Part shown: positions 19,147-28,240 of the stretch, piece by piece
Numbering within the stretch: the first letter of the stretch is position 1
Layout: each line of letters begins with the position of its first letter
Origin: Chloroflexota bacterium
GTDB lineage: Bacteria > Chloroflexota > UBA11872 > UBA12225
Length of the DNA stretch: 64,000 bases
NCBI GenBank assembly: GCA_030447525.1
Contig: JAUJOR010000016.1
Coordinates: forward strand, 6,785 to 70,784
Direction: 5' to 3'
Notes under the pieces: model-generated
What the model was told of the DNA's origin: nothing
What the model saw: only the letters and a program-made list of their open reading frames with translations
The model's database searches: none
Position numbers and translations under genes: made by a program

Positions 19147-20151
19147 ATGACGCTGGCCTGGTTGTTCCCCGGCCAGGGGACACAGTCCGTGGGTATGGGC
19201 CAGGACCTCTATGCGGCCAGCCCGGCGGCCCGGCGTGTCCTGGACTCGGCCGACGAGATCCTGGAATTTCCGCTGACGCGTCTCCTGTTTCAGGGTCCGG
19301 CCGAGGCGCTGCAGCTAACGGTCAACGCCCAGCCGGCCATCGTCGCCGTGAGCCTGGCCGCTCTGGCCGCCTTCAAGGAGGCTTGGGAGGCGGCCACCGG
19401 CGCCTCGCCGCCGGCGCCGGTCTTTGTCGCCGGGCATAGCGTAGGGGAATACAGCGCCCTGGTGGCCAGTGGAGCGGCGAGTGCGGCCACCGGCTTGCGG
19501 CTGGTACGTGAGCGCGCTCGCTTGATGCAAGAGGCCGGTCAACAGCTGCCGGGCGGGATGCTGGCCGTACTGGGGCTCGAGCGGGCCACCGTGGAGGCGG
19601 CCTGCGCCGCGGCTCGGGCGCAGGTCCCCGGGAGCTATGTCGCGGTTGCCAATCATAACGCCGCCACCCAGGTGACGATCGCCGGCGATCCGCAGGGACT
19701 GGCCGCCGCCCGTGGCGCCCTTGAGGCCGCGGGGGCGAGGCGCTGCATGCCCCTTCCGGTGAGCGCCGCCTTCCACTCGGCGGCGATGCTCCCGGCAGCC
19801 GCCCCCCTGGCTGCGGCCGTCGCCGCCGCTGAGATCGTTGACGCCGGCGTCCCCCTCGTCGCCAACGTGGACGCCCGGCCCCTCAGCCTGGCCGCCGACC
19901 TGCGTCTGGAGCTCTCCGAGCAGGTGGCCAAGCCGGTGTTGTGGGCCGATAGCATGCAATGCATGATAGACGCCGGCACCACAGCGTTCCTCGAGTTCGG
20001 CGCCGGGCAGGTGCTCACGAACCTCGTCCAGCGCCTGGACAAGGGGCTGGCGGGGCATGCCGTGGGCAATGCCGCCACGGCCCGTGCCGCCATACCGTGG
20101 CTCCTTGGGTGCTGTCCGGCTCCCGTCCCTTTGCCCCAGGCCGGCCCTTAG
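19147..20151 (+). CDS. fabD: Malonyl-CoA:ACP transacylase
   Basis: FPGQGTQ, AQPAI, GHSVGEY, VSAAFHS. Confidence 0.96.
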   Translation: MTLAWLFPGQGTQSVGMGQDLYAASPAARRVLDSADEILEFPLTRLLFQGPAEALQLTVNAQPAIVAVSLAALAAFKEAWEAATGASPPAPVFVAGHSVGEYSALVASGAASAATGLRLVRERARLMQEAGQQLPGGMLAVLGLERATVEAACAAARAQVPGSYVAVANHNAATQVTIAGDPQGLAAARGALEAAGARRCMPLPVSAAFHSAAMLPAAAPLAAAVAAAEIVDAGVPLVANVDARPLSLAADLRLELSEQVAKPVLWADSMQCMIDAGTTAFLEFGAGQVLTNLVQRLDKGLAGHAVGNAATARAAIPWLLGCCPAPVPLPQAGP

Positions 20152-20234
20152 CCGTGCAACGACACGTCCTCCCATACCCGAGCTTGCGTTCTTCGATCAA
20201 GAAGGCGACGTTGTCGTGCTAGGGGAGAGGAGGC

Positions 20235-20993
20235 GTGGTGCAAGACAGGCGGTTTGAAGGCAAGGTAGCCCTGGTGACCGGCGCCTCCGGGGCCATCGGC
20301 GGGGCCATCGCCCGGCGCCTGGGTGCCGGCGGGGCGCGGGTAGCCATCCACTACCGAACGGGAGAAGGGGCCGCCCAGGCCGTGCTGGAGGCGGTGCGCG
20401 CCGCCGGCGGAGAGGGCCTGCTGGTGTCGGCCGACGTGACGTCCGGGGCCGAGGTGACGTCTATGGTGCAGCAGGCGATGGACACCTGGAGCCGCATAGA
20501 CATCCTGGTCAACACTGCCGGCGGCGTGCGGGATAAGCTCCTCCTGCGCATGGAAGAGGATGATTGGGACGCCGTCATCAACACAAATCTACGGTCGGCT
20601 TATCTCTGCACCCGCGCCGTGTTGCGCACCATGATGCGCCAGCGCTGGGGCCGCATCGTCAACATCAGCTCGGTCGTGGGGATCGCCGGCAACGCGGGAC
20701 AGACCAACTACTCGGCCGCCAAGGCAGGGATGTTGGGCTTTACCCGCTCCCTGGCGCGCGAGGTAGCCTCGCGGGGGATCACGGTCAACGCCGTTGCCCC
20801 TGGCTACATCGACGCCGGCCTGACCACCGGCTTGGGGGAAGATATCCGGCAGCGCTTTCTAGAGAGCGTGCCGGTGGGGCGCGCCGGCAACCCGGATGAG
20901 GTCGCGGCCGCCACCGAGTTCTTGTGCAGCGCGGACGCCGGATACGTCACCGGCCAGGTACTGAATGTGGACGGCGGGCTGGTGATGGGGTGA
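20235..20993 (+). CDS. fabG: 3-oxoacyl-ACP reductase
   Basis: TGASGAIG, NISSVVG, GQTNYSAAKAG, VNAVAPGYI, VDGG. Confidence 0.93.
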   Translation: MVQDRRFEGKVALVTGASGAIGGAIARRLGAGGARVAIHYRTGEGAAQAVLEAVRAAGGEGLLVSADVTSGAEVTSMVQQAMDTWSRIDILVNTAGGVRDKLLLRMEEDDWDAVINTNLRSAYLCTRAVLRTMMRQRWGRIVNISSVVGIAGNAGQTNYSAAKAGMLGFTRSLAREVASRGITVNAVAPGYIDAGLTTGLGEDIRQRFLESVPVGRAGNPDEVAAATEFLCSADAGYVTGQVLNVDGGLVMG

Positions 20994-21056
20994 CCTCGAG
21001 GGGCCAGGCTACAGCGCTCGGACGAGGGTCCAGCCACAGGGCCAGGGTGCGGCGGC

Positions 21057-22427
21057 GTGTTTAGCAAGGTACTGATCGCCAACCGCGGCGAGGTGGCTGT
21101 ACGAGTTATTCGCGCCTGCCGGGAGCTAGACGTCCGCACCGTGGCCGTCTTCTCGGAGGCCGATCGGGAGTCCTTGCATGTACGGCTGGCGGATGAGGCG
21201 GTGTGTATTGGCCCGCCTGTGACCCAGAGGTCGTACCTCAACATGCCGAACATCGTCATGGCAGCCCTGATGACCGGGGCCGACGCCATTCATCCCGGCA
21301 CCGGCTTTCTCGCCGAGCGGCACATCTTCGCCGAGATCTGCGCCGGCTACCAGGTGACGTTCGTCGGCCCGCGCCCGGAGACGATCGAGCGCCTGGGCAA
21401 GAAGACGCTCGCCCGGCAGGCAATGCGCGAAGCCGGGCTGGACGTCATGCCGGGATCCTCGGAGCCGGTGCGCAGCCTGGACGACGCCCGTGCCCTGGCC
21501 GAGGCCCTGGGCTACCCGGTGATGCTCAAGGCCGTGGAGGGTGGTGGGGGGATGGGTATCCGGCTGCTACGCGCCGAGCCGGAGCTGGCCAAGGAGTACG
21601 CCGTGGCTCAGATGGAGGCCGAGCGAGCCTTCGGTAACCCCGGCGTCTATCTAGAGAAGTACATCGAAGACGCGCGTCACGTCGAGGTGCAGGTGCTGGG
21701 GGATCACCAGGGTCACGTCGTGCACGTGGGGGAGCGGGACTGCTCCTTGCAGCGACGTCAGCAAAAGCTGATCGAGGAAGCCCCGGCGGTCGACCTGTCC
21801 GCGGCCCTACGGCAGGAGATCTGCGGGGCCGCCGTGCGCGGCGCGCAGGCGGTGGGCTACGTCAACGCCGGCACCTGGGAGTTTCTTGTAGACCGCCAGG
21901 ATCGGGTCTACTTCATGGAGGTGAATACCCGCATTCAGGTGGAGCACCCGGTGACCGAGGCCATCACCGGCCTGGATCTGGTCAGGGCTCAGCTCCGCAT
22001 AGCATCCGGAGAGCCGCTGCTGTGGCGCCAGGAGGACATCACTTCCCGAGGCCACGCGATCGAGTGTCGGATCAACGCCGAAGACGCCGCGCGGGGATTC
22101 GCCCCCGACAGCGGGCAGGTGCAGCGCTACGTCCCGCCGGGGGGACCCGGCGTGCGCGTCGACTCCCACCTCTACTCCGGTTACCAGATCCCTGCCCACT
22201 ATGACTCGCTGCTGGCCAAGGTGATCGTCTGGGGTGAGGACCGGGAAACGGCGCGCTGGCGCATGAAGCGTGCCCTGGCAGAGTGTATGATCGAGGGCGT
22301 GGTAACAACCATTCCGTTCCACCAGTGTCTCCTGGACGATCCGGCCTTCGTCCGCCACGAAGTTTCCACGACGTTTGTGGAGCGCTGGCTGGCCACCACC
22401 GGCGCCGCCGCCCTGGCGACGGCGTAA
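21057..22427 (+). CDS. accC: Acetyl-CoA carboxylase biotin carboxylase subunit
   Basis: LIANRGEVA, ERDCSLQRR, FMEVNTRIQVEHPVTE, RINAED, YDSLLAK. Confidence 0.95.
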   Translation: MFSKVLIANRGEVAVRVIRACRELDVRTVAVFSEADRESLHVRLADEAVCIGPPVTQRSYLNMPNIVMAALMTGADAIHPGTGFLAERHIFAEICAGYQVTFVGPRPETIERLGKKTLARQAMREAGLDVMPGSSEPVRSLDDARALAEALGYPVMLKAVEGGGGMGIRLLRAEPELAKEYAVAQMEAERAFGNPGVYLEKYIEDARHVEVQVLGDHQGHVVHVGERDCSLQRRQQKLIEEAPAVDLSAALRQEICGAAVRGAQAVGYVNAGTWEFLVDRQDRVYFMEVNTRIQVEHPVTEAITGLDLVRAQLRIASGEPLLWRQEDITSRGHAIECRINAEDAARGFAPDSGQVQRYVPPGGPGVRVDSHLYSGYQIPAHYDSLLAKVIVWGEDRETARWRMKRALAECMIEGVVTTIPFHQCLLDDPAFVRHEVSTTFVERWLATTGAAALATA

Positions 22428-22475
22428 TCTCCCCGCTTCGCTCTCCAAGTCGCTCTTCAATCAGGGCAGGGACGC

Positions 22476-22979
22476 GTGACCAGCACAACTCAGCACGATG
22501 AGGCGCGCGAGCCTGACGAGGACGGGTGGCCCAGCGCGGGCCGCCCGCCGGCGGAGAGCGGCCCCCCGGGCGAGCGCCGCCGGGCCCGCATCATCGCCTT
22601 ACAGGCCCTCTACGAGATCGACGCTACCAGCCACGACCCGATGGTCGTCCTGCAGCGGCGTATCGAAGACGAGCAAGTGCCACCCGCGGCCGCCGCCTAT
22701 GCCAAGCGCCTGGTGATGGGCGTGCGGGTCAACCAGCCGGCAATCGACACGCAGATTACCGGCGCCGCGCCGGCGTGGCCCCTGGAGCAGATGTCACGCG
22801 TGGACAAGAGCGTCTTGCGCCTGGCCATTTTTGAGATGCTGTATATGCCGGGCATACCCCCCAAGGTAGCGATCAATGAAGCGGTGGAGCTGGCCAAGAC
22901 CTTCGGGCATGAGAGCGCGCCTAAGTTCGTCAATGGCGTGCTGGGCAGTATCGCGCGAGGGCAGCGCGAGAGCGCCTAG
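22476..22979 (+). CDS. nusB: Transcription antitermination factor NusB
   Basis: RRRARIIALQALY, VDKSVLRLA, VAINEAVELAK, FVNGVL. Confidence 0.96.
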   Translation: MTSTTQHDEAREPDEDGWPSAGRPPAESGPPGERRRARIIALQALYEIDATSHDPMVVLQRRIEDEQVPPAAAAYAKRLVMGVRVNQPAIDTQITGAAPAWPLEQMSRVDKSVLRLAIFEMLYMPGIPPKVAINEAVELAKTFGHESAPKFVNGVLGSIARGQRESA

Positions 22980-23027
22980 TCCCTCTCGGTCGGCCGAACC
23001 GGCGCGCGGCGCGCGGAGGACGCACAG

Positions 23028-23276
23028 GTGAGCGGAAGCACGAGTACCATCTATCGACGGCTTCGTACCTTGATTGCCGAGACGCTCGGCGTCGACGAGG
23101 ACGACGTCGTCCCTGAAGCCTCGTTCGAAGACGACCTCAACGTCGACCACCAGGAGCTAGTGGACATGATGGTCGCCATCGAAGAGGAGTTTGACGTGCG
23201 CATCCCCGATGACCAGGTGCCTGCCTTGCACACGGTGGGGGACGCCGTAGACTACTTAGAGGACAAGCTGGCATGA
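23028..23276 (+). CDS. Acyl carrier protein-like protein lacking the phosphopantetheine Ser
   Basis: AcpP-like sequence (IAETLGV, ASFEDDL, IEEEFDVRIPDD, TVGDAVDY), but DLNVDHQE where DLGADSLD is canonical. Confidence 0.85.
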   Translation: MSGSTSTIYRRLRTLIAETLGVDEDDVVPEASFEDDLNVDHQELVDMMVAIEEEFDVRIPDDQVPALHTVGDAVDYLEDKLA

Positions 23277-24247
23277 CCCTGGAACAGGCGGGGCAGGCCT
23301 GGCAGGACTTCCGCGGCTGGGTGTGGCAGCCAGCCCCCTACACCAGCGCTCCCTGGGCCGCTGTCTTGGGACTGCTGGGGGCCGGACTCCTCGTCCTGGC
23401 GGCGACGATCATCTGGGGCGTGCCCTGGGCGCGTCGCTGGTGGGCGGATGAAACGCCTGGCCCAGATGAGGACGAGCGCGGGGTTTCCACCGTGGAGCTG
23501 ACGCTGCAGGAGCACCTCCTGGAGCTACGTAACCGCCTGGTGGTCTCCCTGATTGCCGTGGCCATTACTACCGCTATTGCGGCTGTATTCTACCGCCGCT
23601 GGTTCGATATCGCCGTGGCCCCCATTCGTGGCCTGGGAAACTGCCAGGCGATCTCCGTGGATACGGCGACGGTCGGTGCAGCGGCGGCAGCAAGTGGCCA
23701 AAAGCTTTGCTTGCAGGCAATTACCCCCACCGAGCTAGTCTTTGCCTACTTCCAGCTGGCGCTGGTCGTTGGCCTGATCATCGCCATGCCCTTGATCGCC
23801 TACCAGCTATGGGCCTATATCGCCCCCGGCCTGACCCGCAAGGAACGGCGCTACGTCATCGCCATCGTCCCCGGAGCCACTATTTCGTTCGTCGTCGGCG
23901 TCCTGTTCGCCTATTACGGCCTCATGCCGGCGGCCCTTGCCTTCCTCTTTGGCTTCAGCAGCGAAGTGGAGATCCGCCCCACGGTGGCCAGCTACATCTC
24001 CTTTGTGAGTCGCCTCCTGATCGCCATTGGGATCATCTTCCAGCTCCCCCTGGTGATGTTCTTTCTCTCCAAGGTGCACCTGGTCAACCCCAAGCTCCTG
24101 GGGGGCATCCGGCGTTACGTGATCGTAGCGGCCTTCATCATCTCTGCCATCGTCACGCCTACGCCCGATCCGCTGAACCAGCTCCTGGTAGCCATTCCTA
24201 TCCTGGTGCTGTATGAGGTCGGCGTGCTATTGGCCCGCGTCGCCTAG
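23273..24247 (+). CDS. tatC: Twin-arginine translocase subunit TatC with N-terminal extension
   Basis: HLLELRNRL, YQLWAYIAPGLTRKER, FQLP, IVTPTPDP, LYEVG. Confidence 0.95.
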   Translation: MTLEQAGQAWQDFRGWVWQPAPYTSAPWAAVLGLLGAGLLVLAATIIWGVPWARRWWADETPGPDEDERGVSTVELTLQEHLLELRNRLVVSLIAVAITTAIAAVFYRRWFDIAVAPIRGLGNCQAISVDTATVGAAAAASGQKLCLQAITPTELVFAYFQLALVVGLIIAMPLIAYQLWAYIAPGLTRKERRYVIAIVPGATISFVVGVLFAYYGLMPAALAFLFGFSSEVEIRPTVASYISFVSRLLIAIGIIFQLPLVMFFLSKVHLVNPKLLGGIRRYVIVAAFIISAIVTPTPDPLNQLLVAIPILVLYEVGVLLARVA

Positions 24248-24321
24248 TGGGTCACGTTGCATTTGACTGGCCATAATCTGATCTGGTGCGAGCACCATTT
24301 CTATGCGGTTTGACCCACTAG
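24244..24321. repeat. Inverted repeat / long hairpin between convergent tatC and rluA-family genes
   Basis: CTAGTGGGTCA (24244-24254) and TGACCCACTAG (24311-24321), extendable with G-U pairs; AT-richer interior. Confidence 0.6.
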
Positions 24322-24365
24322 GGGGCAGGGAGACAGGGCTCTCGGTCGCTCCGGTAGGCTGGGCC

Positions 24366-25337
24366 CTAGGTGCCCTGCAGGGAGCGCAACGTACCGCCCA
24401 GGTCATCCGGTAGGGGCGCCTCGAATGTCCGCTCCTCGGCGGACGGCAGCCGGAAGGTTAGCCGAGCGGCGTGAAGAAAGTGGCGTTCCAGGGAGAGCGT
24501 GGGGTGCTTGCGGCCGTACACCCGATCGCCGGCGATAGGGCAGCCGATGCCAGCCAGATGCACGCGGATCTGATGCGTCCGGCCCGTCACTGGCCGGCAC
24601 TCCACGTAGGTGTGACGGGGGAACCGTTGCAGCACCCGGAAGTGGGTAATGGCCGGCCGCCCCGCGGCGATGATGGCCATCGGGTGCGTGCGTTCGGGGT
24701 GCCGTCCGATCGGGGCGTCCACTGTGCCGCTGTCTGAGCGAGGTGCGCCGTCGAGTAGCGCCAGGTAGCGCTTGTCCATCGTGCGCTCTTGCAGCTGGGC
24801 CGCCAGCAGCCGATGGACACGGTCGTGCTTGGCCACGACTATCAACCCTGACGTCTCCTTGTCTAATCGATGGACGATGCCTGGCCGTAAGTCTCCGCCG
24901 ATCCCGGCTAGGTCTGAGCAGTGGGCCAGTAGGGCGTTCACCAGCGTGCCGCTAGGGTGCCCCGGGGCCGGGTGGACGACGATCCCCGCCGCCTTGTCCA
25001 CCACCAGGAGATCGGCGTCCTCGTAGACGACGCGCAGGGGGATGGATTCCGGCTGCAGGGAGATGCTTGCCGGCAGTGGAATCGCAACGTCGATCTCGTC
25101 ACCGGGCAGGACCTTCGTCGACGCCCGTCCGGTGCGGCCCTTGACGCTGACGTCCCCTGCCTCGATCAGGGCCTGCACCCGGGTGCGGCTCAACTCCGGG
25201 AAGTGCGCCGCCAGGAAACGGTCGAGACGCTCCCCCGCCTGCTCCGGCTCGACCACCAGCCGGCGCTCCTGTGACGCTCCCGTGACGCCGGGCTGCGGCC
25301 CGTCTGGCCGCGGGCCATCAGCCACGCCAGCGCTCAC
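24366..25337 (-). CDS. RluA-family pseudouridine synthase (RluD-like, S4 domain)
   Basis: RLDRFL, VVHPAPGH, IVHRLDKETSG, TGRTHQIRVH, LHA. Confidence 0.95.
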   Translation of the reverse strand: MSAGVADGPRPDGPQPGVTGASQERRLVVEPEQAGERLDRFLAAHFPELSRTRVQALIEAGDVSVKGRTGRASTKVLPGDEIDVAIPLPASISLQPESIPLRVVYEDADLLVVDKAAGIVVHPAPGHPSGTLVNALLAHCSDLAGIGGDLRPGIVHRLDKETSGLIVVAKHDRVHRLLAAQLQERTMDKRYLALLDGAPRSDSGTVDAPIGRHPERTHPMAIIAAGRPAITHFRVLQRFPRHTYVECRPVTGRTHQIRVHLAGIGCPIAGDRVYGRKHPTLSLERHFLHAARLTFRLPSAEERTFEAPLPDDLGGTLRSLQGT

Positions 25338-25338
25338 G

Positions 25339-25968
25339 TCATTCGTCGTTCTGCCTCGTCAGGCAGATGAGCAAGATGCCAACGCCGATCACGATCGCGG
25401 AGTCGGCCAGGTTGAAAACCGGCCAGTGGAAGTTGATGGCGTCAATGTGGAACTCGATAAAGTCCACCACTGCCCCATAGCGTAGCCGATCCAGGAGGTT
25501 CCCCATGGCCCCACCGAGCTGCAGCGCCAGGGCGGTGCGGAGCCACAAGCGGCGCCCGCGCAGGGAGCGGTAATACCCCACGATGATAGCCATGATCACC
25601 ACGGCGATGGGGACAAACACGTCCCCAAAACGCTGGAACAGGCCGAAAGCCACCCCGCGGTTGGTGATGTAGTGGAGGTCTAGCACCGGCGGGAGAACCG
25701 GGATCACGTCGCCCAGCTGCATCGAGGCTTTGACAATGGCCTTGCTCGCCTGGTCGGCGGCGAAGACCAGGGCGCTCACTGCCACCAGGAAGCTGTAACG
25801 TACCTCGGCGCTGTTCCAAGCCGAGCGCGCCGGGCCTGCGGGGCCGCTCGCGTCGAGCCCGGCGATGGGTTGCGCTGCACCTGGACGGTCGTCGGCGACC
25901 GGTACGGCAGGGACGCCGCCGGTGTCCCGCGGATGCGCCGGTCCGGCGCTGTCCACCTTGGCAGTCAT
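25339..25968 (-). CDS. lspA: Lipoprotein signal peptidase II
   Basis: DQASK, NRGVAFG, GGAMGNLLDR, VVDFI, FNLADSAI. Confidence 0.96.
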   Translation of the reverse strand: MTAKVDSAGPAHPRDTGGVPAVPVADDRPGAAQPIAGLDASGPAGPARSAWNSAEVRYSFLVAVSALVFAADQASKAIVKASMQLGDVIPVLPPVLDLHYITNRGVAFGLFQRFGDVFVPIAVVIMAIIVGYYRSLRGRRLWLRTALALQLGGAMGNLLDRLRYGAVVDFIEFHIDAINFHWPVFNLADSAIVIGVGILLICLTRQNDE

Positions 25969-26059
25969 GCCGTCAAAGTGTACCTAGGCAGCTGTCACCG
26001 GCGCAGGCCCCTACCGCAGGGATGCGGTGACTCATGATTCCGCTCCAGGGGCGCTTCGC

Positions 26060-26521
26060 CTACGTTTCGGCGCGCCAGGCATTGGTCGTCGCTACCCGGC
26101 CGGGGGCTGTGCCGCCCCGTTCCGCCTCAGCCTTGTGCTCCAGGCACAGTGTGGTCTCAGGAATGGCATCCAGGCGTTCGGCCCCGATGGGCCGGCCGCA
26201 CTGCTCGCAGGCGCCGTACGTCCCTGCCTCGAGACGTGACAGGGCATGCTTGACCAACCGTAGGTGATCTTGCAACGTTTGCTCGAGGGCGGCGTTCTTC
26301 TCTCGCTCGAACAGCTCGGTCGCGTCATCGGCCAGGTGGTCGCCCAACCCGGAGTGCTCCCAACGCTGGCCCGGCCCCGGTTCGTCCGGTCCGCCGTCCT
26401 GCTCCGCCTCGTCGCGCCGGTAGGCCCCCAGGTCGGCCTCCAGCTGGTCCTTCATCTCTTCCAGCCGCAAGCGGTACCGCTGCACGTCGAGTCCTTCAGG
26501 AGTCTTTGCCGGCCCTGTCAT
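26060..26521 (-). CDS. DksA/TraR zinc-finger protein (YteA-like)
   Basis: HLADDATE coiled-coil tip; GTYGACEQCGRPIGAERLDAIPETTLCLEH. Confidence 0.9.
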   Translation of the reverse strand: MTGPAKTPEGLDVQRYRLRLEEMKDQLEADLGAYRRDEAEQDGGPDEPGPGQRWEHSGLGDHLADDATELFEREKNAALEQTLQDHLRLVKHALSRLEAGTYGACEQCGRPIGAERLDAIPETTLCLEHKAEAERGGTAPGRVATTNAWRAET

Positions 26522-26753
26522 CGTTACCCCTCTCGATCAATCAATCGGCTGCTATGGCGCCATCGCCCCTTTGAGGCTCTGGCGCCATGCGTCACGGGAC
26601 AGGAGCACGCCCTGTGCCATGGTCGCGCAGGGCCCCCTGTCACGCCAGCCCCCGTTTTCGCGTTCAACACCGTAAGGCCGACCTATCGCGTCAAGTACCC
26701 AGGGCCTGCCGGCACGCCACCGAGGGCCTTCTTGCCAGGAGTCCCCCCGGAGG

Positions 26754-26803
26754 CATGTTGAGCGGCGCGAAGGAGCCTGCCCTGAGCGGAGCGAAGGGGT
26801 GAC
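26754..26803. repeat. REP-like palindromic repeats (TGAGCGGAGCGAAGG family)
   Basis: CATGTTGAGCGGCGCGAAGG and GCCCTGAGCGGAGCGAAGGGGTGAC; related to 33310-33365 and to the MITE interior. Confidence 0.65.
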
Positions 26804-26876
26804 TGAGGGCGCCTGACTGCCACCTGGAGCAGCCGCTGATGCGAAGACCCTGCGGCTCCAGCGCTGCCCTTCACCA

Positions 26877-27461
26877 GTGGGGCGAGATCTCGCTGCTATA
26901 GTTTCTGGGGGAGGGATCGTCATCAAGACCGCGCTCCGGGACGTCCTCGAGACGGCCCTGCTGACCCTGGTGATCTTTCTCGGCGTGCGCCTCGGCGTGC
27001 AGAACTTCCGGGTCGAGGGCTTGAGCATGCAGCCGACGCTGCAGAGTAACCAGTACCTCCTGGTGAACAAGGCGGCTTACATGTTCAGTGAGCCGCAGCG
27101 GGGCGACATCGTGGTCTTCCGTCTGCCCCAGGATCCCCGTCGTGACTTGATCAAGCGTATCGTCGCTCTGCCGGGGGAGGAAGTGGAAGTCCGCGGCGGG
27201 GTGGTCTATGTGGACGGCAAGCCCTTGGATGAGCCGTACATCCGGGATCGGCCCCAGTACCATTTCAACAAGAAAAAGGTTCCGGAGAACGAGTACTTCG
27301 TGCTCGGCGACAATCGCAACAACAGCTTCGACTCCCACGTGTGGGACTGGCTACCAAGGGACTACCTGATCGGCCGGGCCTGGGTCTCCTACTGGCCGGT
27401 GGAAACGTGGTCTGTGGTGCAACACAATAACGTCCACTTCACGACCGCCACGGCGAAGTGA
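26877..27461 (+). CDS. lepB: Signal peptidase I
   Basis: GLSMQPTL, RGDIVVF, LIKRIVALPGE, FVLGDNRNNSFDS; true start may be ATC at 26922. Confidence 0.96.
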   Translation: MGRDLAAIVSGGGIVIKTALRDVLETALLTLVIFLGVRLGVQNFRVEGLSMQPTLQSNQYLLVNKAAYMFSEPQRGDIVVFRLPQDPRRDLIKRIVALPGEEVEVRGGVVYVDGKPLDEPYIRDRPQYHFNKKKVPENEYFVLGDNRNNSFDSHVWDWLPRDYLIGRAWVSYWPVETWSVVQHNNVHFTTATAK

Positions 27462-28210
27462 GCATGTCCGGTGATGAACCGGACCTAGCGCGCCTGGCAA
27501 CCGCGCGCGCTCGCCTTGAAGCCGGGGCCACTGCCCTCGGTCTCTCTCTGGATGCAAGCCAGCTCGACCGCTTCGAGCGCTACGCGGCTTGCCTCCGCGA
27601 GGGCAAGCGCCGGCTGAGCTTGACGGCCCTGGTCGATCCCGTCGACGTGGCAGTCAAGCACTTTCTCGATTCCTTGAGCGTCTGTCGAGCCATTCCCCCT
27701 GGCGCCGCGCGCGTGGTCGACGTCGGCACCGGTGCCGGCTTCCCTGGCGTACCTCTCAAGCTGGCCCGCCCCGAGCTGGCGGTCGTCCTCCTGGAGGCAA
27801 CGGGGAAAAAGGCAGCCTGGGTGGAGCAGTCTCTGCGAGAGCTGGGGGTGGAGGGGATCAGCGTCCTCACCGCCCGCGCCGAGGACCTGGCCCACCATCC
27901 GGCGCATCGTGCGGGCTATGACGTCGCCGTCGCCCGTGCCGTTGCCCCGCTCCCCATCTTGTGCGAGCTCTGCTGCCCATTTCTCAAGGCCGGCGGGACG
28001 TTCGTCGCCTTGAAGAGCGCCGCCGGGGCCGCCGTTGAGGTGCCTCAGGCCGCGCGGGCCCTCGAAGTCCTCGATGCGCGACTCAGGGCGGTCGATCCTG
28101 TGAACCTCCCCGACCTGCCCAATCGCGTCCTGGTGCTGATCGACCAGGTGCAAGCGGTGCCCCCTATGTACCCCCGGCGGGCCGGAGTTCCGGCGAAACG
28201 ACCTTTGTAG
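27458..28210 (+). CDS. rsmG: 16S rRNA m7G527 methyltransferase
   Basis: KHFLDSL, DVGTGAGFPG, RAEDL, ARAVA, YPRRAGVPAKRPL. Confidence 0.96.
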   Translation: MSMSGDEPDLARLATARARLEAGATALGLSLDASQLDRFERYAACLREGKRRLSLTALVDPVDVAVKHFLDSLSVCRAIPPGAARVVDVGTGAGFPGVPLKLARPELAVVLLEATGKKAAWVEQSLRELGVEGISVLTARAEDLAHHPAHRAGYDVAVARAVAPLPILCELCCPFLKAGGTFVALKSAAGAAVEVPQAARALEVLDARLRAVDPVNLPDLPNRVLVLIDQVQAVPPMYPRRAGVPAKRPL

Positions 28211-28240
28211 ACGGGAGAGCTCAGGACTCCATCATCCGCA

